DNA of 64,000 bases from Alphaproteobacteria bacterium (GTDB lineage: Bacteria > Pseudomonadota > Alphaproteobacteria > UBA828), in the NCBI GenBank assembly GCA_965220745.1, contig CBDCQT010000010.1:608001-672000 (forward strand). The letters are read 5' to 3'. A program made the translations under genes and the position numbers. Position 1 is the stretch's first letter. Each line of letters opens with the position of its first letter. The notes beneath the pieces were generated by a model. It was not told where the DNA came from. It searched no databases and saw only the letters and a program-made list of their open reading frames with translations. Positions 61,628 to 64,000 of the stretch are shown piece after piece.

Positions 61628-63217
61628 TCAAATCCCCAGCGCGCAGCCGTCCTTGCGGGGGTCGGAGCCGCCGGTGAGCACGCCCGAGGCGCGGTCGATC
61701 GCGATGGCCTGACCGCCGCCGTGGGGCATCGCCGCCCACGCGACGTCGTGGCCGAGGGCCGCGAGGCGCCGGGCGGTCGTCTCGGCGATGGTGGTCTCCA
61801 GCGCCATGACGCCGCCGAAGTGGAAAGCGCGGGGGCAGTCTAGCGCCGCCTGCGGATCCATGTCGTAGTCGATCACGTTGGTGAGGAAGTGGGCGTGGCC
61901 GCAGGCCTGGAAGTGTCCGCCCATGACGCCGAAGGGCATCACGGCGTGCTCGCCCTGCCCCACCATGCCGGGAATGATCGTGTGCATGGGCCGCTTGCCG
62001 CCGGCGATGCGGTTGGGGTGGTCCGGGTCGATGACGAAGCTCGCGCCCCGGTTCTGCAGCAGCACGCCCGAGCGCGTGCAGAGGCCGGTGCCGAATGAGG
62101 CGAACAGCGAGTTGATGAAGGAGATCGCGTTGCCCTCGCCATCCACCACGGTGAGGTAGACGGTATCGCCGTGGGCCGGGTAGCCCGGCGGCAGCTCTGG
62201 CGGCATAGCGCGCGCCGGGTCGATGTGGCGGCGCATGGCGTCGGCGTACTGGGTGGAGAGCAGCGCGTCCACCGGCACGCCCACCGCATCGGGGTCGGCG
62301 ATCAGCGCCGCGCGGTCGCGGTAGCCGAGGCGGCTCGCCTCGGCCTCCAGGTGCAGGCGCTCGGCCCCCACCGGGTCGAGCCCAGCAAGCTCGAAGCCTT
62401 CCAGCATGTTGACGATGAGCAGCGCGATGATGCCCTGGCCGTTGGGCGGGCACTCGTAGATGTCGTAGCCCCGGTAGTTGGCGCTGATGGGCTCCACCGC
62501 TTGTGGCTGGAAGGCGGCGAGGTCGTCCGCCGTCATCAGGCTGCCGTGGGCGCCAAGGTGGGTCACGATGTCGTCGGCGATGGCGCCCTTGTAGAACGCG
62601 GCTGCACCCTCCCTCGCGATCAGTCGCAGCGTTTCCGCCAGTTCCGGCAGGCGGTGAAGGTCGCCGGCGGCAGGCGCGCGGCCTGCGGGCAGGTAGATCG
62701 CGCGGGCGTTCTCGCAAGCGTGGAGCTTGTCATCGGCCGCATTCGCCCAGTCGTGGGCGACGCGGCTGTGGACCACGAAGCCCTCCTCGGCGTAGCGGAT
62801 GGCGGGCTGCAGCACCTCGTCGAGACCCTTGGTGCCGTGGTCCGCGAGCAGCCGCTCCCAGGTGCCGACCGCGCCCGGCACGGTGACGGCGTGCGCGCTT
62901 TCGAAGCAGATGGCGTCGATGCCCCGCTCTCTGAACCAGTCCACGCTCGCCGCAGCCGGCGCAGGACCTGAGCCGTTGATGGCATAGGGCGGCACCCGGC
63001 CGCCTGGGGCGTAGAGCGCGAAGCAGTCGCCGCCGATGCCGGTGGACTGCGGCTCGACCACGCCTTGCACGGCGCAGGCCGCGATCGCGGCATCCACGGC
63101 GTTGCCGCCCGCGCGCAGAATCTCGATGGCGGTAGCGGTGGCGAGTGGATGCGAGGTCGCCGCCATGCCGCGCGTGCCGTGGACCATGGACCGCCCCGGA
63201 TGCTGAAAATCCCTCAT
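61628..63217 (-). CDS. ggt: Gamma-glutamyltransferase family protein
   Basis: GGNAVDAA, GIGGD, DTVYLTVVD nucleophile Thr, KRPMHTIIP, SDPRKDG. Confidence 0.93.
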   Translation of the reverse strand: MRDFQHPGRSMVHGTRGMAATSHPLATATAIEILRAGGNAVDAAIAACAVQGVVEPQSTGIGGDCFALYAPGGRVPPYAINGSGPAPAAASVDWFRERGIDAICFESAHAVTVPGAVGTWERLLADHGTKGLDEVLQPAIRYAEEGFVVHSRVAHDWANAADDKLHACENARAIYLPAGRAPAAGDLHRLPELAETLRLIAREGAAAFYKGAIADDIVTHLGAHGSLMTADDLAAFQPQAVEPISANYRGYDIYECPPNGQGIIALLIVNMLEGFELAGLDPVGAERLHLEAEASRLGYRDRAALIADPDAVGVPVDALLSTQYADAMRRHIDPARAMPPELPPGYPAHGDTVYLTVVDGEGNAISFINSLFASFGTGLCTRSGVLLQNRGASFVIDPDHPNRIAGGKRPMHTIIPGMVGQGEHAVMPFGVMGGHFQACGHAHFLTNVIDYDMDPQAALDCPRAFHFGGVMALETTIAETTARRLAALGHDVAWAAMPHGGGQAIAIDRASGVLTGGSDPRKDGCALGI

Positions 63218-63508
63218 CGGCCGAACCCTCTCGCCTGTGCGCCGCCGCGATCGCCGCGCTGCCGAGTTTGTAGACCCTTTGGCGCGCTCGCGAAACGCCC
63301 GCGGCCCTTCACGAACTGTTGCACGGTCGAAGCCGGCGCTCGCATGGCGAGTGCGGGCGAAGCTTGTTAGTGTCGCTCGCGCGTGCTGGGCCCGATCGGC
63401 ATTCTTGCGAAGAGCGCCGCCCGGGCCAATATCAATGGCAACAAGGCGCGCGACGCCATCGCGCGCGGAACGTTACGCGACAAGAACCGCAACGCGGGGG
63501 TGAAGATT

Positions 63509-63958
63509 ATGCGCTTGATACGGTTGGCGGCCGCAGGCTTGGTCGCCGGAGGCATGGGGTTCGCGGCCGTTGCCGCAGCACCGGCCTCGGCAGCGGAGCC
63601 ACAGCGGATCACGGTGACCGGCGAGGTCATCGATTCCTGGTGTTACCTGAGCGAGATCATGTGGGCGACGGGCTCGGCCCATCACCGCTGCGCGGTCTGG
63701 TGCGCGCGGGGCGGGGTGCCGGTGGGGATCCTGAGCGAGGACGACGAGGAGGTCTACGTCGTGCTCATGATGGAGAACAATCCCGACGTGATCGGTAACA
63801 AGGCGATCTTCCGCATGCAGACCAACGAGGTCGTCGTCACGGGCGACCTCTACGAGCGTGACAGTGTCAAGTATCTCGCCGTCAACGAGATCGTCGAGGA
63901 CCATGGGATCGTGAACTACTCCCACGAGGACTTCGACATCCAGCCGGGAGGGCTCTAG
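63509..63958 (+). CDS. Exported hypothetical protein with Cys/His motif
   Basis: Signal peptide ending ASA; GEVIDSWCY...HHRCAVWCARGGVPVG. Confidence 0.75.
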   Translation: MRLIRLAAAGLVAGGMGFAAVAAAPASAAEPQRITVTGEVIDSWCYLSEIMWATGSAHHRCAVWCARGGVPVGILSEDDEEVYVVLMMENNPDVIGNKAIFRMQTNEVVVTGDLYERDSVKYLAVNEIVEDHGIVNYSHEDFDIQPGGL

Positions 63959-64000
63959 TCATGCAGGCCCATCGCACGATAACCCGCTTCGCCGCGGCCC

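Overview
High-GC chromosomal window from an alphaproteobacterium. The taxon is inferred from gene order and content (plsY-dprA-topA-rnr, argD-argF, coaBC-dut-cysK-moeB, hemF, acs), probably Rhodospirillales-like. The backbone is housekeeping and catabolic genes: PxpB/C-like carboxyltransferases, a non-canonical LeuCD pair, dihydropyrimidinase, an amidase with a Liv-type ABC transporter, a racemase with tandem SDRs, an oxalate-CoA ligase/PanE2-like pair and GGT. Small, mostly AT-richer accessory cassettes punctuate it: a BrnT/XRE-HTH toxin-antitoxin (TA) pair, a VapC toxin whose antitoxin carries an Mrr_N-like domain, a PD-(D/E)xK nuclease gene split by abutting IS701- and IS5-family elements (reconstructs in frame), an orphan DNA methyltransferase plus a putative type II restriction-modification (R-M) pair, a Fic protein and a divergent HicB/HicA-like pair. 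The most notable signal is a pair of NrdR-box-like motifs 31 bp apart that overlap the promoter and ribosome-binding region of the R-M operon, suggesting a defence system controlled by the dNTP pool. No rRNA, tRNA or CRISPR array was seen. All calls come from motif recognition by eye, with no database searches.
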